From Candidatus Velamenicoccus archaeovorus (GTDB taxonomy: Bacteria; Omnitrophota; Gorgyraeia; Velamenicoccales; Velamenicoccaceae): DNA of 32,000 nucleotides. Position 1 is the stretch's first letter. Every line of letters starts with the position of its first letter. A model generated the notes under the pieces. The model made no database searches, was not told where the DNA came from, and saw only the letters and a program-made list of their open reading frames with translations. Both the position numbers and the translations under genes were made by a program. Below, piece by piece: positions 22,894 to 31,830 of the stretch. The stretch is taken from positions 150,001-182,000 of the forward strand of contig NZ_CP019384.1 of the NCBI RefSeq assembly GCF_004102945.1, in the 5' to 3' direction.

Positions 22894-22950
22894 GCGGCAG
22901 TCCCGGTCTTTTGAAGAAAGAATGCGGTGAAAGTTCGGAGATATGACCCG

Positions 22951-22988
22951 GCCCCGTTAAGCCCGGCACCTTAACGGGGCTCTTTATT
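22951..22988 (+). terminator. rho-independent terminator-like hairpin
   Basis: GCCCCGTTAAG (22951-22961), loop cccggcac, CTTAACGGGGC (22970-22980), then TCTTTATT (22981-22988). Confidence 0.7.
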
Positions 22989-22990
22989 CC

Positions 22991-23677
22991 ATGACGAGAA
23001 AAAAGATATTTATCTTTGACCTGGACGGGACCCTCATAGACGCGTATCCCGCCATTGTGAAAAGTTTTAACAGCTGCATGCGTGCGGAAGGTTGTCCGTC
23101 ACGGCCGGCCGCCGTCATCAGGAGGGCCGTCGGATGGGGCGATAGGAAGTTGTTGGAACCTTTTGTGCCGGCTGCCCGATTGCCGTATGTCCTGGCCTGT
23201 TACAGGAAGAGACATGCCGTTGACCTCAAAAGATACGTCCGCTGGATGCCTTACGCCAGGCAGCTTCTTTGTGACCTTAAAAAAAGAGGGATCCGGACGG
23301 CGGTTGCCAGCAACCGGCCGACACGCTTTACACGGATTATCATCAGGCATCTGGGTGCAGGGCGCCTGTTCGACAAGATCCTGTGTGCTGACAAGCTTTC
23401 ATCTGCCCGTGGAAGGAAGTATTATAAGCCTCATCCCATGATCCTTCGCAGGATCCTCAAAGCCCTGAGGGGTCGCAGGTCTGAGGCGGTTTATGTCGGA
23501 GATATGGCGATCGACATCCAGACGGGCAGGCGCGCCGGCATCTCGACCGCCGCCATCGCTACCGGCTCGAGCAGTCTTCAAGAGTTGAGACGCGAGAAGC
23601 CGGATTATCTTTTTGCCAGCCTTAAAGCACTCAAGAAAAGCCTGGGCCATCCGCCTTCACAGGAGGCGAAGGCCTAA
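22991..23677 (+). CDS. HAD-superfamily hydrolase (phosphoglycolate phosphatase-like)
   Basis: Motif I IFIFDLDGTLIDA, motif II VASNRP, a conserved Lys region (YYKPHP), and motif IV YVGDMAIDIQTGRRAG. Confidence 0.85.
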   Translation: MTRKKIFIFDLDGTLIDAYPAIVKSFNSCMRAEGCPSRPAAVIRRAVGWGDRKLLEPFVPAARLPYVLACYRKRHAVDLKRYVRWMPYARQLLCDLKKRGIRTAVASNRPTRFTRIIIRHLGAGRLFDKILCADKLSSARGRKYYKPHPMILRRILKALRGRRSEAVYVGDMAIDIQTGRRAGISTAAIATGSSSLQELRREKPDYLFASLKALKKSLGHPPSQEAKA

Positions 23678-23727
23678 GGGCCAATCCGGGGAGTGCCATA
23701 AGTCCTGAATTCGTGACAAACGGGGTC

Positions 23728-23756
23728 TTGACCGTCCCCGGCGGATTTGTTATAAA
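23728..23756 (+). promoter_or_regulatory. candidate sigma70-type promoter for the yggT cluster
   Basis: TTGACC (23728-23733), 17 nt, TATAAA (23751-23756), with TG at 23748-23749. Confidence 0.5.
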
Positions 23757-23785
23757 CATTACATGGTCAAGGGGGGTTAAGCCAG

Positions 23786-24091
23786 GTGTTTGCCGTTTCA
23801 AATCTATTGTCTGCGGCCGCGCAGGTACTCGACATGGCCTTGACGGCCTATTACTGGATCATCATCGTCCGGGCTCTGATCAGCTGGGTCAGCCCCGATC
23901 CTTTCAATCCGATCGTTCAGTTTCTGCAGACGGTGACGGAACCCGTGCTGGCCCCTATCCGCCGCATCTTGCCGCCGATGTTCCGTTTTGGAATCGATAT
24001 TTCTCCTGTCATCGCGATCTTCCTTGTGATTTTTTTGAAGTCTTTTCTTGTCCGGACATTGTTCGATCTGAGCCTGCGGCTGCGCCTTTAA
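23786..24091 (+). CDS. yggT: YggT-family small membrane protein
   Basis: GTG start. YYWIIIVRALISWVSPDPFNPIVQFLQTVTEPVLAPIRRILP..GIDISPVIAIFLV matches the YggT/Ycf19 signature as I recall it. Confidence 0.8.
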   Translation: MFAVSNLLSAAAQVLDMALTAYYWIIIVRALISWVSPDPFNPIVQFLQTVTEPVLAPIRRILPPMFRFGIDISPVIAIFLVIFLKSFLVRTLFDLSLRLRL

Positions 24092-24094
24092 ACC

Positions 24095-25330
24095 ATGACA
24101 GTGTCTCTGGTTATTCTTAAATTCGGCCTGCTTGTTGTTTTTTTGTCCTTCTCGGCCTTTTTCTCCGCCTCCGAGACGGCCCTGTTCTCTTTGGATTCCA
24201 TCAAGATCAAAAGGCTCGGCCAGGGCGGCAGGGACACATCCAGGATCATCAGGCTCATGGAGAACCCCCTGCGGTGTCTCACGACCATCCTGGCCGGGAA
24301 CACCCTTGTGAATATCGCGATCGCCGCGCTCATGACATCCCTCTTGATGGATCTTCTGGGGCAGCCGGGTGTCAGCGTTTCGATCGGCGTGACGACCTTC
24401 GTCCTTCTCTTGTTCGGCGAGGTGACGCCCAAGACCATTGCCATCCACAACAATGAGCGATTGAGCTATGTCCTGTCCCGCCCCCTCTATGTCTTTGAGC
24501 GTCTTTTTCGTCCTTTCCTGTTTTTGTCGACGAAAATCTGCGATGCGATCATCTCTGCCATGGGGTGGCAGCCGAAAAAGGAGCCGACCCTGACAGAAGA
24601 AGAGTTCAAGACCGTCATCGAAGTCGTCCATAAGCACGGTATCGTCGGCAAAAACGAGAAGGAAATGGTCGTCTCGATCCTGGAGTTGACCACGACGACG
24701 GCCCAGGAGATCATGACGCCCCGCATGGACATCAAGGCGATCTCTATGGATTGGGACGCTCCGAGGGTCCGGGACGCGGCCCGCGCAGGCCTGCATTCCA
24801 GATTTCCCGCCTACAAGGACTCCTTCGATAATATCCAGGGTTTCGTGGCCGCCAAAGACCTGTTCCTCGATACCGAAAAACCCCTGGCAGAGCTGGTCAG
24901 GCCTGTCATGTTCGTGCCGGCCACAAAGAAGATCAGCGTCCTGATCAAGGATTTTTATAAGCAGGACGCCAGGCTTGCCGTTGTTGTCGACGAGTACGGC
25001 GGGACCTCAGGGCTTGTGACGCTGGAGGATATCCTAGAGGAGATCTTCGGGGAGATCAACGACGAATTCAAGGCGCCGGAGAGGATGATCGAGTCGCTGG
25101 GCAAGGGCGTTTTTCGCTTGAACGGAAAGGTTCCGGTGGAAGAGGCTGTCCGGATATGCGGCCTGCGCATCAAAAAAGGGGATTACGAGACTATGGCAGG
25201 TTTTCTTCTTGATATCTTCGGCAAGATCCCGTCTGAAGGCGAGAGTATCCAGACGCAGGACGGCGAGTTTACGGTGGAGAAGGTCGCAGGCCGCCGCATC
25301 AAAAGCATGATCCTTAAAAAATGGGCTTAG
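24095..25330 (+). CDS. CNNM/CorC-HlyC family transporter (DUF21 + CBS pair + CorC_HlyC domain)
   Basis: DUF21 membrane domain (FFSASETALFSL, LAGNTLVNI), a CBS pair (AQEIMTPRMDIKAI.., RFPAYKDSFDNIQGFVAAKDL, VVVDEYGGTSGLVTLEDILEEIFGEI) and a C-terminal CorC_HlyC-like domain (ETMAGFLLDIFGKIPSEGESI..FTVEKVAGRRI). Confidence 0.9.
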   Translation: MTVSLVILKFGLLVVFLSFSAFFSASETALFSLDSIKIKRLGQGGRDTSRIIRLMENPLRCLTTILAGNTLVNIAIAALMTSLLMDLLGQPGVSVSIGVTTFVLLLFGEVTPKTIAIHNNERLSYVLSRPLYVFERLFRPFLFLSTKICDAIISAMGWQPKKEPTLTEEEFKTVIEVVHKHGIVGKNEKEMVVSILELTTTTAQEIMTPRMDIKAISMDWDAPRVRDAARAGLHSRFPAYKDSFDNIQGFVAAKDLFLDTEKPLAELVRPVMFVPATKKISVLIKDFYKQDARLAVVVDEYGGTSGLVTLEDILEEIFGEINDEFKAPERMIESLGKGVFRLNGKVPVEEAVRICGLRIKKGDYETMAGFLLDIFGKIPSEGESIQTQDGEFTVEKVAGRRIKSMILKKWA

Positions 25331-26289
25331 GTATCCTTCTTTTTTTCATCGGTCTGGCATTGATGGGCGAGGCCTTCTTTTCCGGCGCAGAGACGGCTTT
25401 CACGTCCGTGAATTTTTTGAAGCTCATGCATCTGATTGAAAAAAAGAACAAGAGGGCCATTCTCGTCCATGACCTTCTCAAGAAACCGGACCGTCTTTTG
25501 GCGACGACGCTCGTCGGGACGAACCTTTGTGTCGTCGTCTCTTCCGCCTGCGCGACGGCCGTTTTCGCAGAATTCCTGCCTCTCTATGCGGCCCTGGCAA
25601 CGACGCTGGTCATGACGCCCTTGTCGTTCATTTTCGCCCAGTTGTTGACAAAGACCGTGGCGCGGTATCATGCCAACAGACTTGTTTTGGCCGTCGCCGG
25701 CCCTGTCGAATTCTTCTCGAGGGTCCTTTTGCCTCTCGTGGCTTTTTTCAGCTTTCTGGCCTCGACGATCGCGCGCTTGGTCAGCCCGACGGGTCTGAAG
25801 AAGAATCCGTTCCTGACCAAAGACGAGATCAAATCCCTGATCAAGGATATCTCCCGCGAAGGGATCCTGGAGCCTCAGGAAAAGGAGGCGATCGACAAGA
25901 TTTTCGACATGACCTTGACGCGCGCCGCAGACATCATGATCCCGCTGAAAGATGTCATGAGTTTTGATATCGGCGAAGATGCCGTTTCCTTGAAACAGAA
26001 GATCCGCGCTTCGTCTTTTACGCGTTTCCCGGTTTTCAGCGGCAAGGAGCTCAAGGGCATGGTGAACATTTTCGATATTTTTTATGCGCAGTTCCGCGAT
26101 TGGCCGTCTTTGGTCCGTCCGATCGTCCGGGTGGAGCAGGAGGAGAGCCTGGACAAAGTCTTTTCGCGTCTCCAGCCGCAAAAGGAGAATATGGCGGCCG
26201 TCTATAAGGGGACCGAGCTTGTGGGGATCCTCGCCATGGAAGACCTGATGGAGGAGATCACTTCCAGATTGACTTCGGCTGAAAGATAG
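25321..26289 (+). CDS. second DUF21 + CBS-pair protein lacking the CorC_HlyC domain
   Basis: FFSGAETAFTSV, LVGTNLCVV, and a CBS pair (AADIMIPLKDVMSF.., RFPVFSGKELKGMVNIFDI, AAVYKGTELVGILAMEDLMEEI). It ends right after the CBS pair. There is a 10-nt overlap with the upstream paralog. Confidence 0.8.
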   Translation: MGLGILLFFIGLALMGEAFFSGAETAFTSVNFLKLMHLIEKKNKRAILVHDLLKKPDRLLATTLVGTNLCVVVSSACATAVFAEFLPLYAALATTLVMTPLSFIFAQLLTKTVARYHANRLVLAVAGPVEFFSRVLLPLVAFFSFLASTIARLVSPTGLKKNPFLTKDEIKSLIKDISREGILEPQEKEAIDKIFDMTLTRAADIMIPLKDVMSFDIGEDAVSLKQKIRASSFTRFPVFSGKELKGMVNIFDIFYAQFRDWPSLVRPIVRVEQEESLDKVFSRLQPQKENMAAVYKGTELVGILAMEDLMEEITSRLTSAER

Positions 26290-26310
26290 GGTTTTAAACG
26301 AGAGGGAGCC

Positions 26311-27489
26311 ATGAGATACAAGACCGTGTTGGTTCTGGCGTTGGGATTTTGGATGTTTTTGTCTTTCGGCGGACGTCTGGCTGCTTTTGATGCGCCTGAA
26401 GGCGGAGTTGTGGAGGTCAAGATTTTTCATCAGCCTCACTGCGGGGCCTGTGTGAGACTGCTTCATGATGTCATCCCGCCGCTGGCGGAGAAATTCGGCA
26501 ATCGCGTCCGCTGGACGTATCTGGATATCCTCCAGAGGGAGAATTACGAGATTTTTTTACAGCTGGAAAAGGATATAGGCAAGAAGCTGGGGACGCCGAC
26601 CGTTGTGGTCGGCAAGCGGGTCTTGATCGGTTTGGCGGATAACGCCGACCACCTGGAATCCGCCATCGAGGGGCAGCTTCGCGGCGGCGGGGTGGAGGTT
26701 TTGCCCTTGCGGCCCGGTGTCGACATCCTGGAGCACTTCCGGTCTTTCGGTCCGCTCGCCGTCATCGGAGCGGGTCTGGTCGACGGGATCAACCCTTGCG
26801 CATTCACCGTGATCGTATTTTTTGTTTCTTTCCTGAGCCTCATGGGCTATCGCCGCAGGGAGATGTTTTTGATCGGCAGCGCCTATATCCTGGCGGTCTT
26901 TTTGACGTATCTGGCCATCGGCCTGGGTCTCTTCAATATCCTCTACAGGATTGATGCGATCTTCTGGTTGTCCAAGGCGCTGTATTTCCTGGTGGGGGCG
27001 CTCAGCATCTTTTTGGGATGCCTGGCGGTCCGGGACTACCTTTATTATAAGAAGACAGGCCGGACGGATGATATGGCTTTGCAATTGCCCCGCATTGTCA
27101 AAAACAAGATCCATGCCATTGTGGGAGAGTATTATCGCAAAGGCACCGGCGAAAAAAGAAAGGCCATGGGCGGCCTCTTTATCAGCGCCCTGGTCGTGGG
27201 GTTCCTGATATCGGTGCTTGAGGCCGTCTGCACAGGGCAGCTTTATCTTCCGACGATCGTCATCGTCCTGAGGGAAGGCTCGATGCGCATCAGGGCCCTG
27301 TTCTATCTTTTCGTCTACAACTTCATGTTTATCATTCCCCTGATTGTCGTTCTGGTCCTCGCTCTCATCGGCGCCACCTCAAGGGATTTTGAGGCTTTTG
27401 CCAAAAAGCGCCTGGGGTTGATCAAGCTGGCCATGGCCGCCGTCTTTTTGGGGCTGGGCGCTGCGCTTTGGAGCGGGCTTCTCTGGTAA
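26311..27489 (+). CDS. thioredoxin-like (CxxC) domain fused to a DsbD/CcdA-like membrane thiol-disulfide transfer domain
   Basis: A signal/anchor is followed by VKIFHQPHCGACVRL (a CGAC redox motif in a Trx-like context). A polytopic membrane part follows, with GINPCAFTVIVFFVSFL and LEAVCTGQLYLPT (one Cys in each half, as in CcdA/DsbD-type proteins). Confidence 0.6.
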   Translation: MRYKTVLVLALGFWMFLSFGGRLAAFDAPEGGVVEVKIFHQPHCGACVRLLHDVIPPLAEKFGNRVRWTYLDILQRENYEIFLQLEKDIGKKLGTPTVVVGKRVLIGLADNADHLESAIEGQLRGGGVEVLPLRPGVDILEHFRSFGPLAVIGAGLVDGINPCAFTVIVFFVSFLSLMGYRRREMFLIGSAYILAVFLTYLAIGLGLFNILYRIDAIFWLSKALYFLVGALSIFLGCLAVRDYLYYKKTGRTDDMALQLPRIVKNKIHAIVGEYYRKGTGEKRKAMGGLFISALVVGFLISVLEAVCTGQLYLPTIVIVLREGSMRIRALFYLFVYNFMFIIPLIVVLVLALIGATSRDFEAFAKKRLGLIKLAMAAVFLGLGAALWSGLLW

Positions 27490-27504
27490 CATCTAAATAA
27501 ACGC

Positions 27505-27533
27505 TTGCCAAAACAGGCGCATTGTATTATAGT
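27505..27533 (+). promoter_or_regulatory. candidate sigma70-type promoter for hppA
   Basis: TTGCCA (27505-27510), 17 nt, TATAGT (27528-27533). An AT-rich leader follows, and SD GGGGGAGG precedes ATG 27598. Confidence 0.5.
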
Positions 27534-27597
27534 AAGGGAAAAATTTTTATTTTTTATATAAGAACATCTTTTTGATCAAAACAAAAGGGGGAGGAAC

Positions 27598-29694
27598 ATG
27601 TTTGACTTGTTGTATTTGGCGCCCGCAGGATCTCTTTTGGCGCTGGGTTTCGCCGGATTTTTGGCGTGGACCGTCGTCAGGCGGGATGAGGGTACACCGC
27701 GGATGCGCGAGATCGCGCAAGCCGTCAAGGTAGGCGCAGCAGCCTATCTGAAACGCCAGTATACCATTGTCGCTGTTTTTTTTGTCGTCGTTTTCGTCAT
27801 TTTGAACATATTGGTTAAGCTCGGGAACCTGGCTCCGGTTGTTCCCTTTGCCTTTTTGACCGGTGGTTTCTTCTCGGGTCTTTGCGGTTTTCTCGGGATG
27901 AAGATGGCGACCAATGCCAGTGCCCGCACAACGAACGCCGCCCAGAAGAGCCTGAACTCAGGGCTTCGCGTGGCGTTTTCCGCAGGCGCGGTCATGGGGT
28001 TGCTCGTTGTCGGCTTCGGCCTTTTGGATTTGAGTATTTGGTATTTCGGTCTGAACTGGTGGTACAACATGCATCCGTTGGCGCCGGGGCAGGATAAGAT
28101 TGCCGTTATCACCTCCACCATGCTTTGTTTCGGCATGGGCGCCAGTTCCCAGGCGCTTTTCGCCAGGGTCGGCGGCGGGATCTTCACCAAGGCCGCGGAC
28201 GTGGGCGCAGATTTGGTCGGTAAGGTCGAGGCTGGCATCCCTGAAGACGATCCGAGGAACCCCGCCGTCATCGCGGATAATGTCGGCGATAACGTGGGTG
28301 ATGTGGCAGGGATGGGCGCGGATCTTTATGAATCCTATGTCGGCTCCATCGTTGCAACGTCAGCTCTCGGCGTCGCCGCAGGTTTAGGCGTGGCCGGCGT
28401 GACGGTCCCCATGGTCATGGCGGCTGTCGGCGTCTTGGCATCGGTTATCGGGACGTTCTTTGTCAGAAGCAAAGAAGACGCGTCCCAGGGGGCGCTCCTC
28501 TGGGCTTTGAGGAAAGGTGTTTTTACGAGCGCCATCCTAATCTTGATCGCGTCCTATCCTCTCGTGAAATATACTTTGGGCCCGGGGCACATGGGCGTTT
28601 ATTGGGCGATCCTGTCGGGCTTGATCGCCGGCGTCCTTTTAGGAATTTCGACGGAATTCTACACTTCGAGCGGTTACGGCCCGACTAAAAAGGTGGCTGA
28701 TGCCGCCATCACAGGTCCTGCGACCGTGATCATCGGCGGCATGGCCGTCGGAATGCTGTCAACGGCCGTTCCAATCATCGTGGTCTGCATTGCGATCCTG
28801 GCCAGTTATTACCTTGCCGGCGGTGCGACAAATTTCAATGCAGGTCTCTACGGCGTGGCGATTTCAGCGGTAGGCATGCTGTCTACCTTGGGCATTACAT
28901 TGGCGACGGATGCTTATGGTCCGATCGCAGACAATGCCGGCGGCAATGCCGAGATGTCCAAACTTGACCCGAGTGTACGCAAGAGGACAGATGCCCTCGA
29001 TTCTTTAGGGAATACGACTGCGGCCACAGGCAAGGGCTTCGCCATCGGATCGGCGGCATTGACGGCCCTGGCTTTGATCGCCGCGTATAATGATCAGGTT
29101 GTTATGTTCGGAAAGACCGTGGACTTGTCGCTGATGAACCCTAAGGTCATCATCGGTTTGTTTATCGGCGGTATGCTGCCGTTTGCGTTCTGCGCGTTGA
29201 CCATGCAGGCCGTGGGCCGCGCGGCGTCGGGCATTGTCGTGGAAGTCCGCCGTCAGTTCAAGGAGATCGTCGGACTGATGGAAGGCAGGGTTAAACCCGA
29301 TTACGCGGGGTGCGTCATGATCGCGACAAAGGCCGCGCAGAAAGAAATGATCCTGCCGTCGTTGCTTGCGATCATCTCTCCTATTGTGGTAGGTTTATTG
29401 GCCGGGCTTGAGGCGCAGGCGGGCCTTCTCATCGGCGCGACTGTTACGGGTTTCGTCCTGGCTGTTATGATGGCTAATTCCGGCGGCGCCTGGGATAACG
29501 CCAAGAAATATATCGAAGAAGGCCATCACGGCGGCAAAGGGTCTTTCGCCCATAAGGCCGCTGTCGTGGGCGATACGGTCGGCGATCCGTTCAAGGACAC
29601 GTCAGGCCCGTCGTTGAACATCCTGATTAAGCTCATGTCCATGGTCTCCATCGTTTTTGCTTCGTTTGTCATCAGCAATACCTTGATGAAATAA
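27598..29694 (+). CDS. hppA: membrane-integral ion-translocating pyrophosphatase, K+-dependent type
   Basis: Hallmark motifs: [105 protein letters not shown]. Confidence 0.95.
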   Translation: MFDLLYLAPAGSLLALGFAGFLAWTVVRRDEGTPRMREIAQAVKVGAAAYLKRQYTIVAVFFVVVFVILNILVKLGNLAPVVPFAFLTGGFFSGLCGFLGMKMATNASARTTNAAQKSLNSGLRVAFSAGAVMGLLVVGFGLLDLSIWYFGLNWWYNMHPLAPGQDKIAVITSTMLCFGMGASSQALFARVGGGIFTKAADVGADLVGKVEAGIPEDDPRNPAVIADNVGDNVGDVAGMGADLYESYVGSIVATSALGVAAGLGVAGVTVPMVMAAVGVLASVIGTFFVRSKEDASQGALLWALRKGVFTSAILILIASYPLVKYTLGPGHMGVYWAILSGLIAGVLLGISTEFYTSSGYGPTKKVADAAITGPATVIIGGMAVGMLSTAVPIIVVCIAILASYYLAGGATNFNAGLYGVAISAVGMLSTLGITLATDAYGPIADNAGGNAEMSKLDPSVRKRTDALDSLGNTTAATGKGFAIGSAALTALALIAAYNDQVVMFGKTVDLSLMNPKVIIGLFIGGMLPFAFCALTMQAVGRAASGIVVEVRRQFKEIVGLMEGRVKPDYAGCVMIATKAAQKEMILPSLLAIISPIVVGLLAGLEAQAGLLIGATVTGFVLAVMMANSGGAWDNAKKYIEEGHHGGKGSFAHKAAVVGDTVGDPFKDTSGPSLNILIKLMSMVSIVFASFVISNTLMK

Positions 29695-29702
29695 AACGAT
29701 TA

Positions 29703-29718
29703 CCTGCCGGCCGGCAGG
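29703..29718. repeat. GC-rich palindrome related to 3104-3123
   Basis: cctgccggccggcagg is a perfect 16-nt palindrome. It shares CCTGCCGG..CCGGCAGG with the 3104-3123 palindrome and with the degenerate copy at 418-439. Confidence 0.7.
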
Positions 29719-29755
29719 CGCAGATTAGAATAAAAGAATAGCGCAGGTTACAAAA

Positions 29756-29786
29756 GCCCCCGCTTCGCAAGAGCGGGGGCTTTTTA
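29756..29786 (+). terminator. rho-independent terminator of hppA
   Basis: GCCCCCGCT (29756-29764), loop tcgcaag, AGCGGGGGC (29772-29780), then TTTTT (29781-29785). Confidence 0.9.
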
Positions 29787-29826
29787 TCCCGCGTCGTCCT
29801 GCGGTGAGATATTCATCGACGGAATA

Positions 29827-29835
29827 TGGTATAAT
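29827..29835 (+). promoter_or_regulatory. extended -10 element TGgTATAAT immediately upstream of ygiQ
   Basis: TG at 29827-29828 and TATAAT at 29830-29835. There is no good -35. The ATG of ygiQ is only 9 nt downstream and has no SD. Confidence 0.5.
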
Positions 29836-29844
29836 GCAAAGACC

Positions 29845-31542
29845 ATGGAACATCTATTGCCTACGAACAAGGAGGAGATGCGTGCGCGCGGCTGGAGCGC
29901 CTGCGATGTGATTTTTGTCATGGCCGATGCCTATTGCGACCATCCGAGCTTCGGCGTTGCCCTTCTGGGGAGGTTCTTGGAATCTCTGGGGTACAGGGTC
30001 GGCATCATCGCACAGCCGGACTGGAAGAAGGACGCAGATTTTCTGAAGCTGGGGCGGCCGGAGCTTTTTTTCGGGGTGACGGCCGGCAACCTGGATTCAA
30101 TGCTGGCCATCTACACATCGGGCATGAGCCTGCGCAAAGAAGACAAGTATTCCCCGGGGGGCGCCAGGGGGCTGAGGCCCAGGCTGCCGACGATCGTTTA
30201 TACCCAGAAATTGCGTCAACTCTTTGCCGGGACGCCCGTCGTGATCGGCGGCCTGGAGGCTTCCCTGAGGCGATTGAGCTATTACGATTTTTGGACGGAT
30301 GCGGTGAGGCGCTCCATTCTTTTTGACGCCAAGGCCGATATGCTCGTCTATGGGATGGGGGAGCGTCCGGTGACTGAGATCGCTTCCAGGCTCAAGGCCA
30401 AAGAAAAAATAGACCGGATGGACGATATCCGCGGCACGGTGATCGTCCGCAAGACCTGTGACGGTTTTGATCGTCCGGTCGTCCTGCCGTCGTTCGAAGA
30501 GGTGCGGTCTGATAAAAAGAAATTCGTCGAAGCCTTCAATCTTTACAGCAAGGAATCCAATCCTTTTACGGCGCGCGTCGTTGCGCAAGAGACGGACACG
30601 CGTTTTTGTATCCAGCTGCCGCCGGCCCTGCCTTTGACGCAGGACGAGATGGACAGTCTTTATAGCCTGCCGTTCAGCCGGCGCTGCCACCCGGACTACA
30701 TGCGTTATGGCGGCGTGCCGGCGCTCAAGACCGTCGAGGCCTCCATTGTCAGCCACAGGGGTTGCCTGGCGGCGTGCTCTTTTTGTTCCTTGTCCCTGCA
30801 TCAGGGTAAGGTGATCCAGGGCCGCAGTGCGGCTTCTCTCGTGCAGGAAGCGTCAAAGATCGCTGGCGACAGGAAGTCCAAGGGGGTTATCACGGACGTG
30901 GGAGGGTCGACAGCGAATATGTATGCTGCCTCTTGCAGCCGGGGATACCGGTGCAGCCGCACCGATTGTCTTTGGCCGGAGGTCTGTCCGAATCTGGAGC
31001 TGGACTTTAAAAAACAGGCGCAGATGCTGGAATCCGTGCGTCGGGCGTCCGGCGTCAGGCAGGTGCATATCCAGAGCGGGATGCGCTATGAACTTCTTCT
31101 GCTGCCACAGGCACGGGAATATTTTCGTCTTTTGTGCCGGTATTTTATCAGCGGCCAGCTCAAGATCGCGCCGGAGCATGTCGCAGATGCTATCTGCGAT
31201 CTGATGCATAAGCCGCGCAAGAACATCCTGCAACAGTTTTCCAGGGAATACGCGGCCTTGAATAAAGAGCTTGGGAAGAAGCAATATTTGGCCCAGTATT
31301 TCATCACAGCCCATCCCGGCTGCGGTCCGAAAGAGGCCGAAGAGTTGGCGGCATTCACCAGGACCATGGGATATACGCCGCGGCAGATCCAGGATTTTAT
31401 TCCTTTGCCCATGACGCGATCGTCCTGCATGTATTACACGGGATTGGATCCGGAAACAGGCAGGCCTCTCTACGTCGCCCGCTCGAGGCACGAAAGGCTC
31501 CAGCAGAGACGGATGGTTCAGGGGGCGAAGCTCCTTGACTAA
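29845..31542 (+). CDS. ygiQ: YgiQ-family radical SAM protein (UPF0313)
   Basis: N-terminus ..LLPTNKEEMRARGWSACDVIFVMADAYCDHPSFGVALLGRFLESLGYRVGIIAQPDW is typical of YgiQ. The radical-SAM cluster motif is HRGCLAACSFCSL (CxxxCxxC). The length fits at 565 aa. Confidence 0.9.
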   Translation: MEHLLPTNKEEMRARGWSACDVIFVMADAYCDHPSFGVALLGRFLESLGYRVGIIAQPDWKKDADFLKLGRPELFFGVTAGNLDSMLAIYTSGMSLRKEDKYSPGGARGLRPRLPTIVYTQKLRQLFAGTPVVIGGLEASLRRLSYYDFWTDAVRRSILFDAKADMLVYGMGERPVTEIASRLKAKEKIDRMDDIRGTVIVRKTCDGFDRPVVLPSFEEVRSDKKKFVEAFNLYSKESNPFTARVVAQETDTRFCIQLPPALPLTQDEMDSLYSLPFSRRCHPDYMRYGGVPALKTVEASIVSHRGCLAACSFCSLSLHQGKVIQGRSAASLVQEASKIAGDRKSKGVITDVGGSTANMYAASCSRGYRCSRTDCLWPEVCPNLELDFKKQAQMLESVRRASGVRQVHIQSGMRYELLLLPQAREYFRLLCRYFISGQLKIAPEHVADAICDLMHKPRKNILQQFSREYAALNKELGKKQYLAQYFITAHPGCGPKEAEELAAFTRTMGYTPRQIQDFIPLPMTRSSCMYYTGLDPETGRPLYVARSRHERLQQRRMVQGAKLLD

Positions 31543-31562
31543 ACGTCGCCTTCCTCTATAAT
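31535..31562 (+). promoter_or_regulatory. near-consensus sigma70 promoter for feoAB
   Basis: TTGACT (31535-31540, overlapping the ygiQ stop), 16 nt, TATAAT (31557-31562). The feoA ATG lies at 31573, 10 nt after the -10, with no SD. Confidence 0.6.
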
Positions 31563-31572
31563 CTAACGTAGC

Positions 31573-31830
31573 ATGCTTAAGCTTTCTCTGACTCAGCTGA
31601 AAAAAGGATCGAAAGCCAGGATCGTGGAGCTCGCTGGCGGCAAAGAAGTGGCGCACAGGCTTTCGATGATGGGGTTACGGCCTGGCGAACAACTGGTGAA
31701 GTTGAGCGCCTTTGCGCTGCGCGGCCCTGTCGCCGTCCGGATCGGGCATACGACCCTGGCCCTTGGGCATGGCATGGCTGAAAAAGTAATCGTTGAAGTC
31801 AGCGCTGAACCCCCCGTCAAGCCTTCATGA
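31573..31830 (+). CDS. feoA: FeoA-family ferrous iron transport protein
   Basis: An 85-aa SH3-like FeoA pattern: LTQLKKGSKARIVELAGGKEVAHRLSMMGLRPGEQLVKL..GPVAVRIGHTTLALGHGMAEKVIVE. Confidence 0.85.
   Translation: MLKLSLTQLKKGSKARIVELAGGKEVAHRLSMMGLRPGEQLVKLSAFALRGPVAVRIGHTTLALGHGMAEKVIVEVSAEPPVKPS

Noticed and set aside
23713-24120. A 135-aa ORF overlapping yggT in another frame.
   Set aside because: The yggT frame carries the family signature. The alternative frame is Gly/Arg/Pro-rich with no features.
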